In this document: piece after piece, positions 17,989 to 28,331 of the stretch | How positions within the stretch are numbered: position 1 is the first letter of the stretch | How the letters are laid out: the number at the start of each line of letters is the position of its first letter | Source of the DNA: Alkanindiges illinoisensis DSM 15370 | GTDB taxonomy: Bacteria; Pseudomonadota; Gammaproteobacteria; Pseudomonadales; Moraxellaceae | Direction of reading: 5' to 3' | Length of the DNA stretch: 32,000 bases | NCBI RefSeq assembly: GCF_000619845.1 | Contig: NZ_JHUX01000003.1 | Coordinates: 1,150,064 to 1,182,063 of the forward strand | The notes under the pieces: model-generated | Told to the model about the DNA's origin: nothing | Databases searched by the model: none | Seen by the model: the letters and a program-made list of their open reading frames with translations, nothing else | Translations under genes and position numbers: made by a program

Positions 17989-18570
17989 TTAAATTGTTTT
18001 GGCCCATATACCAAGATCAGCAACATAATAGGTATGCGTATCGGCTACTTCAAAGTTATAAACTATGCAGGTATAGGGCTGTCCGTGATCCTTATACCAG
18101 CCAAGATAAGTTTCCCGATAAGGTACTCCAGTGTCACGTTGTCGCATCACACCCGGGGTTAAATCCACATCAACAATGCTTACGCCTTCATCATCTCCAT
18201 ATTCATTAAAGCGAATAGTCCAGCCACTTAAGTCACAGGGGAAATGATAAATAGGACGGGCTGCGGTAAACATTCCTCCCCCATTGTCATAAAGTTTAGC
18301 TAATCGTCCATCAGCAAGCTCAAAGGAATCACTCTCTCTTAGGTCCTCAGCCTGATCCAGCACTTCTTTCAAGATGCATTTAACTAGGCGTACAGGCTCA
18401 TTGTCCGTTTTAACTGTTCTGACCACAGGCTTGTAAACTTGCGCCCCAATACCATTTTCAGGTTTGGACAAGACCCTATCGCCAACTTCTATCTGTTCAA
18501 TGGGGACTAAACCTTGATCAGTATGAACCAGTGTCCCTGATGCAAAACCACTTTCTATTTCTAATGTCAT
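17989..18570 (-). CDS. Stand-alone Hint (PT-HINT/bacterial intein-like) domain protein with degenerate catalytic termini
   Basis: 193-aa ORF. The N-terminal block GFASGTLVHTDQGLVPIEQIEVGDRVLS corresponds to Hint block A. The C-terminal block VYNFEVADTHTYYVADLGIWAKTI corresponds to Hint blocks F/G. An in-frame TGA lies 18 codons upstream of the ATG, so there is no N-extein, and the stop falls 2 codons after the Hint end. The gene is AT-rich relative to its neighbours. Confidence 0.7.
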   Translation of the reverse strand: MTLEIESGFASGTLVHTDQGLVPIEQIEVGDRVLSKPENGIGAQVYKPVVRTVKTDNEPVRLVKCILKEVLDQAEDLRESDSFELADGRLAKLYDNGGGMFTAARPIYHFPCDLSGWTIRFNEYGDDEGVSIVDVDLTPGVMRQRDTGVPYRETYLGWYKDHGQPYTCIVYNFEVADTHTYYVADLGIWAKTI

Positions 18571-18602
18571 GTCTTTATCTCTCTTGTCAATTTTAAAGTA
18601 AT

Positions 18603-18631
18603 AAAAAAGCCCTCACGATGAGAGCTTTTTT
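18603..18631. terminator. Rho-independent (bidirectional-looking) terminator downstream of purA
   Basis: AGCCCTC-acgat-GAGAGCT stem (one mismatch) flanked by an A6 run and a T6 run. It lies 18 nt after the purA stop on the minus strand. Confidence 0.7.
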
Positions 18632-18648
18632 AAATTCACAGCTTCAAA

Positions 18649-20022
<1,374 letters not shown>

Positions 20023-20054
20023 CTAACGTTAAAATTAGCCTTGAAAACTCATGC

Positions 20055-21218
20055 TTAAACGGACTGACGCTGCCATGTCGCCCCATCATGGACCAGACGC
20101 TGACTGGCACGACTTTGCTGGTCCTGTTCATTCAATGCCTGAATCACCACAAAACCATCCTGACGTGCCTGCTCAATGGCAGCCTGCAAGTCAGGTTCCT
20201 TGCCCAGTGGAGCCAGCATTACCGGTGTATCACTGGCTGGATTAGCCTGTGCCAGTACGTACAAATCACAGCTAAAACCGGTTGCCGCACGCTCACGGCC
20301 AAAGGCGATACCAATGCCATCATAACGTCCACCCTGTGCCAGTGGCACAGCACGGTTTGGGCCATAAACCGCAAACATCAGCCCGGTATGGTAGTGATAA
20401 CCACGCAATTCTGCGGCATCCACGCCAACATTAATCGTAGACCAGTACTGCTGAACATGCGCCTGTGCCTGTTCCAGCGCATTCAGTGCCTGTTGCAGGG
20501 TTTGGTCAGCCAGTACCTGTGCAGACAACTGCTGCTTCAAGATAGTCAAATCATTGCCATAACGGCCCAGCGCATAAAAATCCTGTCCCAGATTCAGCGT
20601 CTGGGTATATTCAGCCAGTTCAGGAATTGCCTTGCGCTGATATAAATCGGTAAGTTCTGCTTCCTGCGTATCGCTCAGGCCAGCGATGCGTGCCAGATTT
20701 CTAAAAATACCCACATGACCCAGATCCAGATGCAGGTTGTGTTCAAAGCCTGCCTGTTGAAGCAGAGTCAGCATCAGGTCTGCCATTTCCAGATCAGCTT
20801 CCAGTCCTTTGCAGCCAAACAGTTCAGCACCCAGTTGCAACGGAGTGCGGGACGCCGACAAACCCTGTGGCCGGGTATGCAATACTGTAGCGGCATAGCA
20901 ATAACGGGCAATGCCTTCAACCGGTCTGACATGCGCGTCAATGCGGGCAACCTGTGGGGTAATGTCAGCACGAACACCCAGCAAACGACCTGAAATCTGG
21001 TCGATGAGTTTGAAGGTCACCAGATCAAGGTCACTGGTGTTGCGGTTTAGCAGGGATAAGGATTCGACGTATTCAATAAATGGCGTGTAAACCAGTTCAT
21101 AACCACGGCTGGCCAGAGAATCAAGTAAACGACGACGAAGCTGTTCAATCACTTGCGCCTGTTCTGGCAGCACATCAGCCACCCCATCAGGCAATAACCA
21201 AGTTTCTGAAACTGGCAT
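20055..21218 (-). CDS. hisZ: ATP phosphoribosyltransferase regulatory subunit HisZ
   Basis: 387-aa HisRS-paralog-like ORF (WLLPDGVADVLPEQA...GYELVYTPFIEYVESL...) that lacks an anticodon-binding domain. It sits in the conserved position immediately upstream of purA. Confidence 0.85.
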   Translation of the reverse strand: MPVSETWLLPDGVADVLPEQAQVIEQLRRRLLDSLASRGYELVYTPFIEYVESLSLLNRNTSDLDLVTFKLIDQISGRLLGVRADITPQVARIDAHVRPVEGIARYCYAATVLHTRPQGLSASRTPLQLGAELFGCKGLEADLEMADLMLTLLQQAGFEHNLHLDLGHVGIFRNLARIAGLSDTQEAELTDLYQRKAIPELAEYTQTLNLGQDFYALGRYGNDLTILKQQLSAQVLADQTLQQALNALEQAQAHVQQYWSTINVGVDAAELRGYHYHTGLMFAVYGPNRAVPLAQGGRYDGIGIAFGRERAATGFSCDLYVLAQANPASDTPVMLAPLGKEPDLQAAIEQARQDGFVVIQALNEQDQQSRASQRLVHDGATWQRQSV

Positions 21219-21270
21219 GGTAAAACCTATTTGATAGTTGGGTTAATGCCAAAAAGTGGCATCCCACACG

Positions 21271-21294
21271 AAAAAAAATCGGGCTATTTCCCGA
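21271..21294 (-). terminator. Probable terminator downstream of the epd/gap gene
   Basis: On the minus strand, TCGGG-aaatag-CCCGA followed by T8. The stem is short (5 bp), so confidence is moderate. Confidence 0.5.
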
Positions 21295-21399
21295 CGTCGG
21301 CAAGTCTAGCACGAAGCAAAAATGGTTGCACGCCTGTCTGCCGGGCAAACCAGCGAAAAATGGACAAATGACGCACAAACCGGCCTTTGAGCCATTAAA

Positions 21400-22485
21400 T
21401 CAGCATTGAACCGGATTGCTGCTTAAGGCCGTGCACAAATCCAGCAAGCGATTGGCATAGCCCCACTCATTGTCATACCAAGCCAGTACCTTGGCCTGCC
21501 TGCCTACTACAATGGTTTGCAAGCTATCCACTACTAATGAATATGGCTGGTGGTTAAAGTCACTGGACACCAGCGGCTGGTCAGTGACATCCATAATATT
21601 GGCATACTGGTTTTGCGCAGCATCCATAAACAATTGATTAATGGCGTGCGCATCTGCCGGATTTTTCATTACAAATGACAGGTCAATGGCAGCCACATTG
21701 ATGGTTGGCACCCGAATGGAATAGCCATCAATACGATTTTCCATATGTGGCAATACCCGCTTTAGGGCACCTAGCGCACTGGAGGTGGTTGGGATAATAT
21801 TGTAACCCGATGCCCGTGCCCGGCGCGGATCACGATGGGCATGATCGAGCACCGCCTGATCAGTCGTAACTGCATGAATTTCGGTCATTAATGCCGATTC
21901 AATGCCAAAAGCATCATCCAGTAATTTCACCAGTGGCACCAGTGCCTGCGTGGTACACGACACACTGGAAATGACCCGGTCTGTTGGCAAAATATCCTGC
22001 TCATTAATCCCAAAAACCACTGCAGCATCCACGGTATCAAATGGGGCTGCACCAATAATGACGCGCCCTGCTCCTGCCTGCAAATGCCCGGAAGCCCCAG
22101 CGCGGGAACGGAACAGCCCGGTGCACTCCAGCACAATATCAATAGCAAGTGCCTGCCATGGTAACTGTGCGGGTTCAGCCATTTTAAGAATCTTGATATG
22201 ACGACTAATGCCATCTTTGCTGACCTGCAAAAAGCTCGTTTCACCCTCAGTACCATCATCTTCAGTAACAATCGCTACCTGTGCATTGAAACGCCCATGC
22301 GTACTGTCAAAACGCAAGAGGTGTGCCAGCATTTCCGGTTCAGCAATGTCATTAATGGCTATAATATTGACCTGCGGCCACAGTTCTTCTTCAATCCAGG
22401 CACGCAGCACATTACGGCCAATGCGTCCAAACCCATTGATGGCAATATTTAAGGCAGAAGAATGACTCACAGACAGGCTCAGCAT
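21400..22485 (-). CDS. epd: Erythrose-4-phosphate / glyceraldehyde-3-phosphate dehydrogenase family protein (Epd-like)
   Basis: INGFGRIGRNVLRA NAD-binding fold, catalytic SCTTQ, and RVPTINVAAIDLS, which resembles the Epd INVTAIDLS more than the GAPDH NVSVVDL (from memory). It lies near tkt and metK, as in Pseudomonas. The start codon is uncertain: there is no clear SD, and an in-frame GTG lies 5 codons in. Confidence 0.75.
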   Translation of the reverse strand: MLSLSVSHSSALNIAINGFGRIGRNVLRAWIEEELWPQVNIIAINDIAEPEMLAHLLRFDSTHGRFNAQVAIVTEDDGTEGETSFLQVSKDGISRHIKILKMAEPAQLPWQALAIDIVLECTGLFRSRAGASGHLQAGAGRVIIGAAPFDTVDAAVVFGINEQDILPTDRVISSVSCTTQALVPLVKLLDDAFGIESALMTEIHAVTTDQAVLDHAHRDPRRARASGYNIIPTTSSALGALKRVLPHMENRIDGYSIRVPTINVAAIDLSFVMKNPADAHAINQLFMDAAQNQYANIMDVTDQPLVSSDFNHQPYSLVVDSLQTIVVGRQAKVLAWYDNEWGYANRLLDLCTALSSNPVQC

Positions 22486-22563
22486 GGCAAAACAGGCGAT
22501 ATAGTTTAGCGCATATCACTGGTAAAAAAAGTTTCCGGGCATTTTTCATGAAAAAAACATGAA

Positions 22564-22577
22564 TTGAATCGATTCAA
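22564..22577. promoter_or_regulatory. Perfect 14-bp palindrome TTGAATCGATTCAA in the epd / DUF4124 divergent intergenic region (candidate LacI-family-type operator)
   Basis: Read directly. It has a central CG and TGAAxCGxTTCA-like half sites and lies 79 bp upstream of the epd ORF start. A second palindrome, TTTTTCATGAAAAA, lies at 22542-22555. Confidence 0.35.
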
Positions 22578-22707
22578 GCGATTACAAAATCCGTTTCTCA
22601 AAATTTTTACTTAAAAAATGCGGATTTTTTGTACATTCACTTAACAATTATGTCGACTACGTCTATACTTTTAAAAATCAAGGACGTGACTTCTGACGAT
22701 ATAAATT

Positions 22708-23427
22708 ATGGCTAAGCTCTTTAAAGTTTTTGCATTTTCTACTTTAGCGCTTTCTTTTGAGGTGCTTTCGCTTCAGGCTGCTTATGCCGAAGATACCATT
22801 TACACTTGGACTGATGAGCAGGAATCATTAACCAATTATGGTGGTATTCCGCCAGAGGAAGAACTGGGTTCCGACGCTGTTAAAGTGATTGACCTGCAAA
22901 AAGGTATTACCACCAAGGTTGATTTTCCAGCCCGTGCAGTGGATGCAGCCGCTGAAAAAAACAAACAGCAGCTTAAGCCACCTGCTGGCTATCCTGCGGC
23001 AGCTATTTCCGCAATAAATCCCAATGCTCCTACGGAAGCAGCTACGCCTGCAACCAGCAGTGCTCCTAAAATGCTGGGTTCTTCAACGCCTGTACCGCCT
23101 CCTAGCAATACCGATCAAGCTAAACCTGCTGCACAGTCCGGCATGTTGGCCTCAGGCAAAGCCAGTTCGTTTATTAATGAGGAAGAAGCCAAAAAGCTGA
23201 GTGAACAGGAAAATAAACTGGAAGAACAGGCCAAAAGTGCACGCCGTATTGCCCTTGAAAAACGACGTGATGAAATGAAAGCGCTGGCAGAACGTGTGCG
23301 TAATGGTGCAGCATCACGACAGGAAATTGCAGCCCTGATGACCTATCGCCAGACAGCCTCTTTTGGTGAAGCCCGTAGCGCACTGGCACGGCCTAAAACA
23401 GCTAAAAAAGTTGAGCTAAATGATTAA
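22708..23427 (+). CDS. Secreted DUF4124-like protein with Pro/Ala-rich linker and charged coiled-coil C-terminus
   Basis: Signal peptide (FAFSTLALSFEVLSLQAAYA), followed by TIYTWTDEQESLTNYGGIPP, which resembles the DUF4124 Y-x-W-x-D...PP motif. Confidence 0.65.
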   Translation: MAKLFKVFAFSTLALSFEVLSLQAAYAEDTIYTWTDEQESLTNYGGIPPEEELGSDAVKVIDLQKGITTKVDFPARAVDAAAEKNKQQLKPPAGYPAAAISAINPNAPTEAATPATSSAPKMLGSSTPVPPPSNTDQAKPAAQSGMLASGKASSFINEEEAKKLSEQENKLEEQAKSARRIALEKRRDEMKALAERVRNGAASRQEIAALMTYRQTASFGEARSALARPKTAKKVELND

Positions 23428-23495
23428 ATTTTAATATCAATAAAATAGGATTTAGGCGTCAGTTTTGATCCGGTTTATTGATGCAGTTACAGCAT

Positions 23496-23526
23496 AAAAA
23501 ATGCCTCCTGTGTGGAGGCATTTTTT
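23496..23526. terminator. Bidirectional Rho-independent terminator between the DUF4124-like gene and tkt
   Basis: ATGCCTCC-tgtgt-GGAGGCAT, a perfect 8-bp stem flanked by A5 and T6 runs between convergent genes. Confidence 0.85.
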
Positions 23527-23551
23527 ATATTAATCACTTGCAGAAGATGAA

Positions 23552-25543
23552 TTATCGCGCAACCAGTTCTTCTACCGCAGCAACAACTGCATCCGTGGTA
23601 ATACCGAAATACTTGAACAAGTCTTTGGCCGGGGCAGACTCACCAAAAGTACTCATACCAATCACCTTGCCATCCAGGCCTACAAATTTCCACCAGTAGT
23701 CCACGTGCGATGCTTCAACGGCAACACGCGCGCGGATATTGGCTGGTAATACCGATTCACGATAGGCGGCATCCTGACGCATGAATTCTTCAGCACATGG
23801 CATGGATACCACACGCACGCCTGAAAGCTGGCTATAGGCCTGCATTGCCAAGTCAACTTCAGAACCTGTTGCAATAATAATAGCTTTAAGTTCACCCTGC
23901 TCTGCTGCCAGTACATAGCCGCCTTTGGCAGCATCCGTAATTTGCGTTTCAGTGCGGGTTAAATGCGGCAGGTTTTGACGGGAGAACACCAATGCAGTTG
24001 GGCCATCCTTACGTTCAAGCGCTGATTTCCAGGCAATTGCCGATTCAACGGTATCCGCTGGACGCCAGGTATTCAGGTTTGGCGTACCACGCAAAGACGC
24101 AAGTTGCTCAATCGGCTGGTGAGTTGGGCCATCTTCACCCAAACCAATTGAATCATGCGTATAGACATGGATTACGCGCTGTTTCATCAATGCGCCCATA
24201 CGAACGGCATTACGGGCATATTCCATAAAAATCAGGAACGTGGCCACATAAGGAATAAAGCCACCATGCAATGCAATCCCGTTGGCAATTGCTGTCATAC
24301 CAAATTCGCGCACACCATAGTGAATATAGTTGCCTGCCGGATTGTCCTGAATACCTTCACAGCCCTTCCAGATGGTGAGGTTAGAGCCAGCGAGGTCAGC
24401 CGAACCACCCAATAATTCTGGTAACTGTGGTCCGAATGCCTGTAGTGCATTTTGGCTGGCCTTACGGCTGGCAATGGTTTCTGCCTTACTATTCACATCA
24501 CGAATATACTGGTCGGCTTTAGCGGCAAAATCAGCAGGCAAGTCACCATTTAAACGGCGCTGTAACTCAGCCGCCAGTTCTGGATACTTGGCTTTATAAT
24601 TCTCAAACAGCGTGTTCCATTCATTTTCCTGAATGATTCCCTTTGGGCGTGCATCCCAGGCGTCATAGACATCCGCTGGAATTACAAAAGGTTCATCGGT
24701 CCAGGTCAGGGTATCGCGTACCAGTTCAATTTCCGAAGCACCCAGCGGCGCACCGTGGCATTCTTCTTTACCCTGTTTGTTAGGTGAACCCAGACCAATG
24801 ACGGTTTTACAGATAATCAGGCTTGGGCGCTTGGTTTCTGCCTGTGCAGCCACGGTCGCCGCATGCAGCGCTTCGGTGTCGTGACCATCTACTTTTACTA
24901 CATGCCAGCCATAGGCTTCAAAGCGCTTTTGCGTATCGTCGCTAAACCAGCCTTCTACTTCACCATCAATGGAAATGCCGTTGTCATCATAATAAGCAAT
25001 CAGCTTGCCCAATTGCAGTGTACCCGCCAGCGAGCAGACTTCATGCGAAATCCCTTCCATTAGGCAACCATCACCCATAAAGCAATAGGTGAAGTGATCC
25101 ACGACATTCAAGCCATCACGGTTAAACTGCGCGGCCAGTGTTTTTTCAGCAATGGCAAAACCCACTGCATTGGCAATGCCCTGACCCAGTGGCCCGGTCG
25201 TGGTTTCAACCCCAGCGGTGTAGCCATATTCCGGATGGCCCGGTGTTTTGCTATGCAACTGGCGGAACTGTTTGAGATCATCAACAGAAACATCGTAGCC
25301 AGACAGATGTAATAAGGCATATTGCAGCATGGAGCCATGGCCATTGGACAACACGAAACGGTCACGGTTTGGCCAGTTAGGATTACTTGGGTTATGGCGC
25401 AAAAATTGACGCCACAGCACTTCAGCAATTTCTGCCATGCCCATCGGCGCGCCTGGATGACCGGAATTTGCCTGTTGAACAGCGTCTACGGCCAGCACAC
25501 GAATGGCATTGGCAAGGCGGCGTTCATTGAGTGGTGTTGTCAT
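23552..25543 (-). CDS. tkt: Transketolase
   Basis: ThDP motifs [12 protein letters not shown] and [12 protein letters not shown], and a length of 663 aa from ATG 25543 ([15 protein letters not shown]...). The track start at 25594 adds 17 unlikely residues. Confidence 0.95.
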   Translation of the reverse strand: MTTPLNERRLANAIRVLAVDAVQQANSGHPGAPMGMAEIAEVLWRQFLRHNPSNPNWPNRDRFVLSNGHGSMLQYALLHLSGYDVSVDDLKQFRQLHSKTPGHPEYGYTAGVETTTGPLGQGIANAVGFAIAEKTLAAQFNRDGLNVVDHFTYCFMGDGCLMEGISHEVCSLAGTLQLGKLIAYYDDNGISIDGEVEGWFSDDTQKRFEAYGWHVVKVDGHDTEALHAATVAAQAETKRPSLIICKTVIGLGSPNKQGKEECHGAPLGASEIELVRDTLTWTDEPFVIPADVYDAWDARPKGIIQENEWNTLFENYKAKYPELAAELQRRLNGDLPADFAAKADQYIRDVNSKAETIASRKASQNALQAFGPQLPELLGGSADLAGSNLTIWKGCEGIQDNPAGNYIHYGVREFGMTAIANGIALHGGFIPYVATFLIFMEYARNAVRMGALMKQRVIHVYTHDSIGLGEDGPTHQPIEQLASLRGTPNLNTWRPADTVESAIAWKSALERKDGPTALVFSRQNLPHLTRTETQITDAAKGGYVLAAEQGELKAIIIATGSEVDLAMQAYSQLSGVRVVSMPCAEEFMRQDAAYRESVLPANIRARVAVEASHVDYWWKFVGLDGKVIGMSTFGESAPAKDLFKYFGITTDAVVAAVEELVAR

Positions 25544-25859
25544 GAGCCAGTTTCCCGAATAACTAAATGAAGGACTTGAGTAAAACCTGAACAAGCAAGC
25601 TTCAGTCTGTTTTTAAAACCAGTGCAAAAAACCAGTTTGATAAAAACAGCACCGAAAAAAGATGGGCGTATTGTCCTAAAAATCAGGTGCAGGGTAAAGC
25701 AAAGAATGCTTTTTTATTAAAGTCAGGTGACGTGATGGCATCAGGCTGAATTTTTATTGCGATAAAATCAAGCATTTTTCATGCAAGATATGCTAGTCCA
25801 AAGCCTTAAGTCGCGTTAACATAGCCGCCATCTTTAACTTCTTATTTTCTGGAACATTC

Positions 25860-27026
25860 ATGCGCGAATACGCTGTCTTTACGTCAGAATCGGTCAGTGA
25901 AGGCCACCCAGATAAGATGGCAGACCAAATCAGTGATGCCATTCTTGATGCAATCTTACAACAAGACCAATATGCCCGTGTTGCCTGTGAAACACTGGTA
26001 AAAACCGGTGCCGTGGTACTGGCAGGTGAAATTACCACCACTGCCAACATTGATTTTGAAAAAATCGTGCGTGATACCGTCAATGACATTGGCTATAATC
26101 ACAGTGACTTGGGCTTTGACGGCTCAACCTGTGCGGTTATTAACATGCTGGGCAAGCAGTCCCCTGAAATTGCGCAGGGCGTAGATCGCCAAAAGCCTGA
26201 AGATCAGGGCGCTGGTGATCAGGGCCTGATGTTTGGCTATGCCAGCCATGAAACTGATGTCTTGATGCCAGCGCCGATTTGCTATGCGCATCGTCTGGTT
26301 GAAAAACAGTCTGAACTGCGCCGTAATGGTAAGCTGGCTTGGTTACGTCCTGATGCTAAAAGTCAGGTAACTTTCCATTATGAAGATGGCAAACCTGCCC
26401 GTGTTGATGCAGTAGTTTTATCTACCCAGCATGATCCCTCCATTAGTCAGGCTGACCTAAAAGAAGCCGTCATTGAAGAAATCGTGAAGGCCGTATTACC
26501 AGCCGAAATGCTGCATGCAGCCACCAAGTTTCACATCAACCCAACTGGCAAGTTTGTGATTGGCGGGCCAGTCGGTGATTGTGGTTTAACGGGTCGCAAG
26601 ATTATTGTTGATACTTATGGCGGCATGGCTCGTCATGGTGGTGGCGCGTTTTCCGGTAAAGACCCTTCCAAGGTTGACCGCTCAGCAGCGTATGCAGGCC
26701 GTTATGTGGCCAAAAATATTGTGGCAGCTGGCCTTGCCGATAAATGTGAAATTCAGGTGAGCTATGCAATTGGTGTAGCAGAACCAACCTCTATTTCCAT
26801 TAATACCTTTGGTAGCGGCAAAATTGACGATGAGCAAATTATTGCCCTGATTCGTGAACATTTTGACCTGCGTCCCTATGGCATTACCCGCATGCTGAAC
26901 CTGATTCAGCCGATGTACCAGAAAACTGCAAGTTTTGGTCATTTTGGCCGCCATGGTTCTGATAATTCATTTACCTGGGAAAAAACTGACAAGGCAGAAT
27001 TGCTGAAAAAAGCGGCTGGCCTGTAA
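25860..27026 (+). CDS. metK: S-adenosylmethionine synthetase
   Basis: [37 protein letters not shown] and [19 protein letters not shown] signature motifs. 388 aa. Confidence 0.97.
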   Translation: MREYAVFTSESVSEGHPDKMADQISDAILDAILQQDQYARVACETLVKTGAVVLAGEITTTANIDFEKIVRDTVNDIGYNHSDLGFDGSTCAVINMLGKQSPEIAQGVDRQKPEDQGAGDQGLMFGYASHETDVLMPAPICYAHRLVEKQSELRRNGKLAWLRPDAKSQVTFHYEDGKPARVDAVVLSTQHDPSISQADLKEAVIEEIVKAVLPAEMLHAATKFHINPTGKFVIGGPVGDCGLTGRKIIVDTYGGMARHGGGAFSGKDPSKVDRSAAYAGRYVAKNIVAAGLADKCEIQVSYAIGVAEPTSISINTFGSGKIDDEQIIALIREHFDLRPYGITRMLNLIQPMYQKTASFGHFGRHGSDNSFTWEKTDKAELLKKAAGL

Positions 27027-27056
27027 TTCAGTTCTAAGCGTCGTATCGGTTCTAAC

Positions 27057-27100
27057 ATAAAAAAGCCGCGCAACCTTCAAAGAAAATAGCGCGGCTTTTT
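27057..27100. terminator. Bidirectional Rho-independent terminator between metK and the acidic-protein gene
   Basis: AGCCGCGC-(17-nt loop)-GCGCGGCT, a perfect 8-bp GC-rich stem flanked by A-run and T-run. Confidence 0.8.
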
Positions 27101-27125
27101 ATGTGGCTGTAATTTTGACTTGTAA

Positions 27126-27542
27126 TTACATATCCTGTGCTGGCACTTCCCCGGCAACATTGGCTTCGGGTAAGGCGGAGCGATCCTCATCTTCCCGCGC
27201 CGTAGGACTTGGAGTGGAGGTGGCAAGGCCCGTGATTTCTTCCAGCTCTTCTTCATTGGTATCAATCAGGTCATCAATATCCATTTCTTCCAGCCCGCCA
27301 ACCGGATCATTGGCAACGGTTTCATCATAACCCGCATCAGTGGAATCTGGGGCAGCATTACTGTTTGCACCACGATCTGCATTATTTGATTCAGAATTGT
27401 CACGGTTATTGACGGTAAATTCTGGTGGGATATCAGTTAATGCACTGTCCTGACCTTTAGCATCCTGAAGGATATCCTGTTTGGCATCATGTTCTGCCTG
27501 CTGGTTTTTATTGGCTGAATTCGTTTGATTTGAATTTGTCAT
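27126..27542 (-). CDS. Hypothetical highly acidic, low-complexity (probably disordered) protein
   Basis: 138-aa ORF with a GGAG SD upstream. Composition is dominated by D/E/N/S/T/A, for example EEMDIDDLIDTNEEELEEI. I recognise no motifs. The coding call rests on ORF length, the SD and the flanking terminator. Confidence 0.5.
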   Translation of the reverse strand: MTNSNQTNSANKNQQAEHDAKQDILQDAKGQDSALTDIPPEFTVNNRDNSESNNADRGANSNAAPDSTDAGYDETVANDPVGGLEEMDIDDLIDTNEEELEEITGLATSTPSPTAREDEDRSALPEANVAGEVPAQDM

Positions 27543-27972
27543 TGACCTACTCCGAAATTTTGAGATAGGTCTAAACTAATATTTTTATGAATAAGTGATA
27601 AGACAAGAATTGCGACGATGAGACGGGTTTATGTAAGCATGATTACGTTGTGTAAAATATATCAGAAAATTTAAGTGAAGAAATTATTCTAATAATTAGA
27701 CTATTAATTTGGAATTTCTTTAGTCAAAGTTTTCCGAACTATGTATGAGAATTTCTCATCATTAACATCGATTGATTAAAATTTTTTCTATTTTTATTAA
27801 GAGAAATGAAATTTGGGCTACAAGCATAATTTAAATCATGAAATTGTACATTGTCATCTTCTCAACCACACACCCGAAAAATTTCAAAAGTGCCAAATGA
27901 CTCTTCAGTTAAAGTTAACATTTACAGCAAAGACAGGGATAAGCCATTGTTGACTTTCTCTACTATTGGTTA

Positions 27973-28182
27973 TTATCGATCTTCTATCTCCTGCTTTATA
28001 TTATCCGGTAACCATTCCCACACTACATGATAGTAAATTTGTTTTAGTTCAGGATAAATCTTTATAGCAAAATCATTAACCTCACTATAATGATAAGGCT
28101 GATGAAAAAATTCATTCATTTTTTCGATGAGGTTATACACTCGCTTTATTTCCTCAACATTTACCTCAACTTTAGCCGACAT
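27973..28182 (-). CDS. Hypothetical small protein (69 aa) in an AT-rich islet
   Basis: ATG 28182 is preceded by a strong AAGGTGA SD 5-6 nt upstream; the track start at 28260 is GTG with no SD. The product is MSAKVEVNVEEIKRVYNLIEKMNEFFHQPYHYSEVNDFAIKIYPELKQIYYHVVWEWLPDNIKQEIEDR. I recognise no family. Confidence 0.5.
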   Translation of the reverse strand: MSAKVEVNVEEIKRVYNLIEKMNEFFHQPYHYSEVNDFAIKIYPELKQIYYHVVWEWLPDNIKQEIEDR

Positions 28183-28285
28183 AGATTTCACCTTATAAAA
28201 ATTTGAGCTTTGATTTCCCTTAAGCTTATCATTTATAAAATCGTTCTGATGCGATACCACATTACTTTTTCAATTCATTAACTAT

Positions 28286-28314
28286 AAAAAAAGCCTGCAT
28301 CAGCAAGCTTTTTC
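28286..28314 (-). terminator. Rho-independent terminator of rapA
   Basis: AAGCCTGC-atca-GCAAGCTT stem (one mismatch). On the minus strand it is followed by TTTTTTAT, 18 nt after the rapA stop. Confidence 0.7.
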
Positions 28315-28331
28315 TTTAAAATTTTAACAAC

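Noticed and set aside
25595-25859. Possible SAM riboswitch upstream of metK
   Set aside because: I read both strands and saw none of the S-box/SAM-I core sequences or an obvious pseudoknot-type SAM-II signature. Only a 5-bp hairpin is present. An Infernal scan would be the definitive test.
27103-27330. 75-aa Ser-rich plus-strand ORF
   Set aside because: It is antisense to the longer acidic-protein ORF, starts inside the metK terminator region, and has no SD. It is probably a compositional shadow of the GA-rich coding strand.
27838-27900. 20-aa ORF (MKLYIVIFSTTHPKNFKSAK) in the AT-rich islet; also a 23-aa ORF at 9917-9988
   Set aside because: Neither has a Shine-Dalgarno. ORFs this short are expected by chance in AT-rich DNA.
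28183-28260. GTG-initiated 95-aa version of the small islet ORF
   Set aside because: There is no SD before GTG 28260, which directly abuts the rapA terminator. ATG 28182 has a near-consensus AAGGTGA SD.
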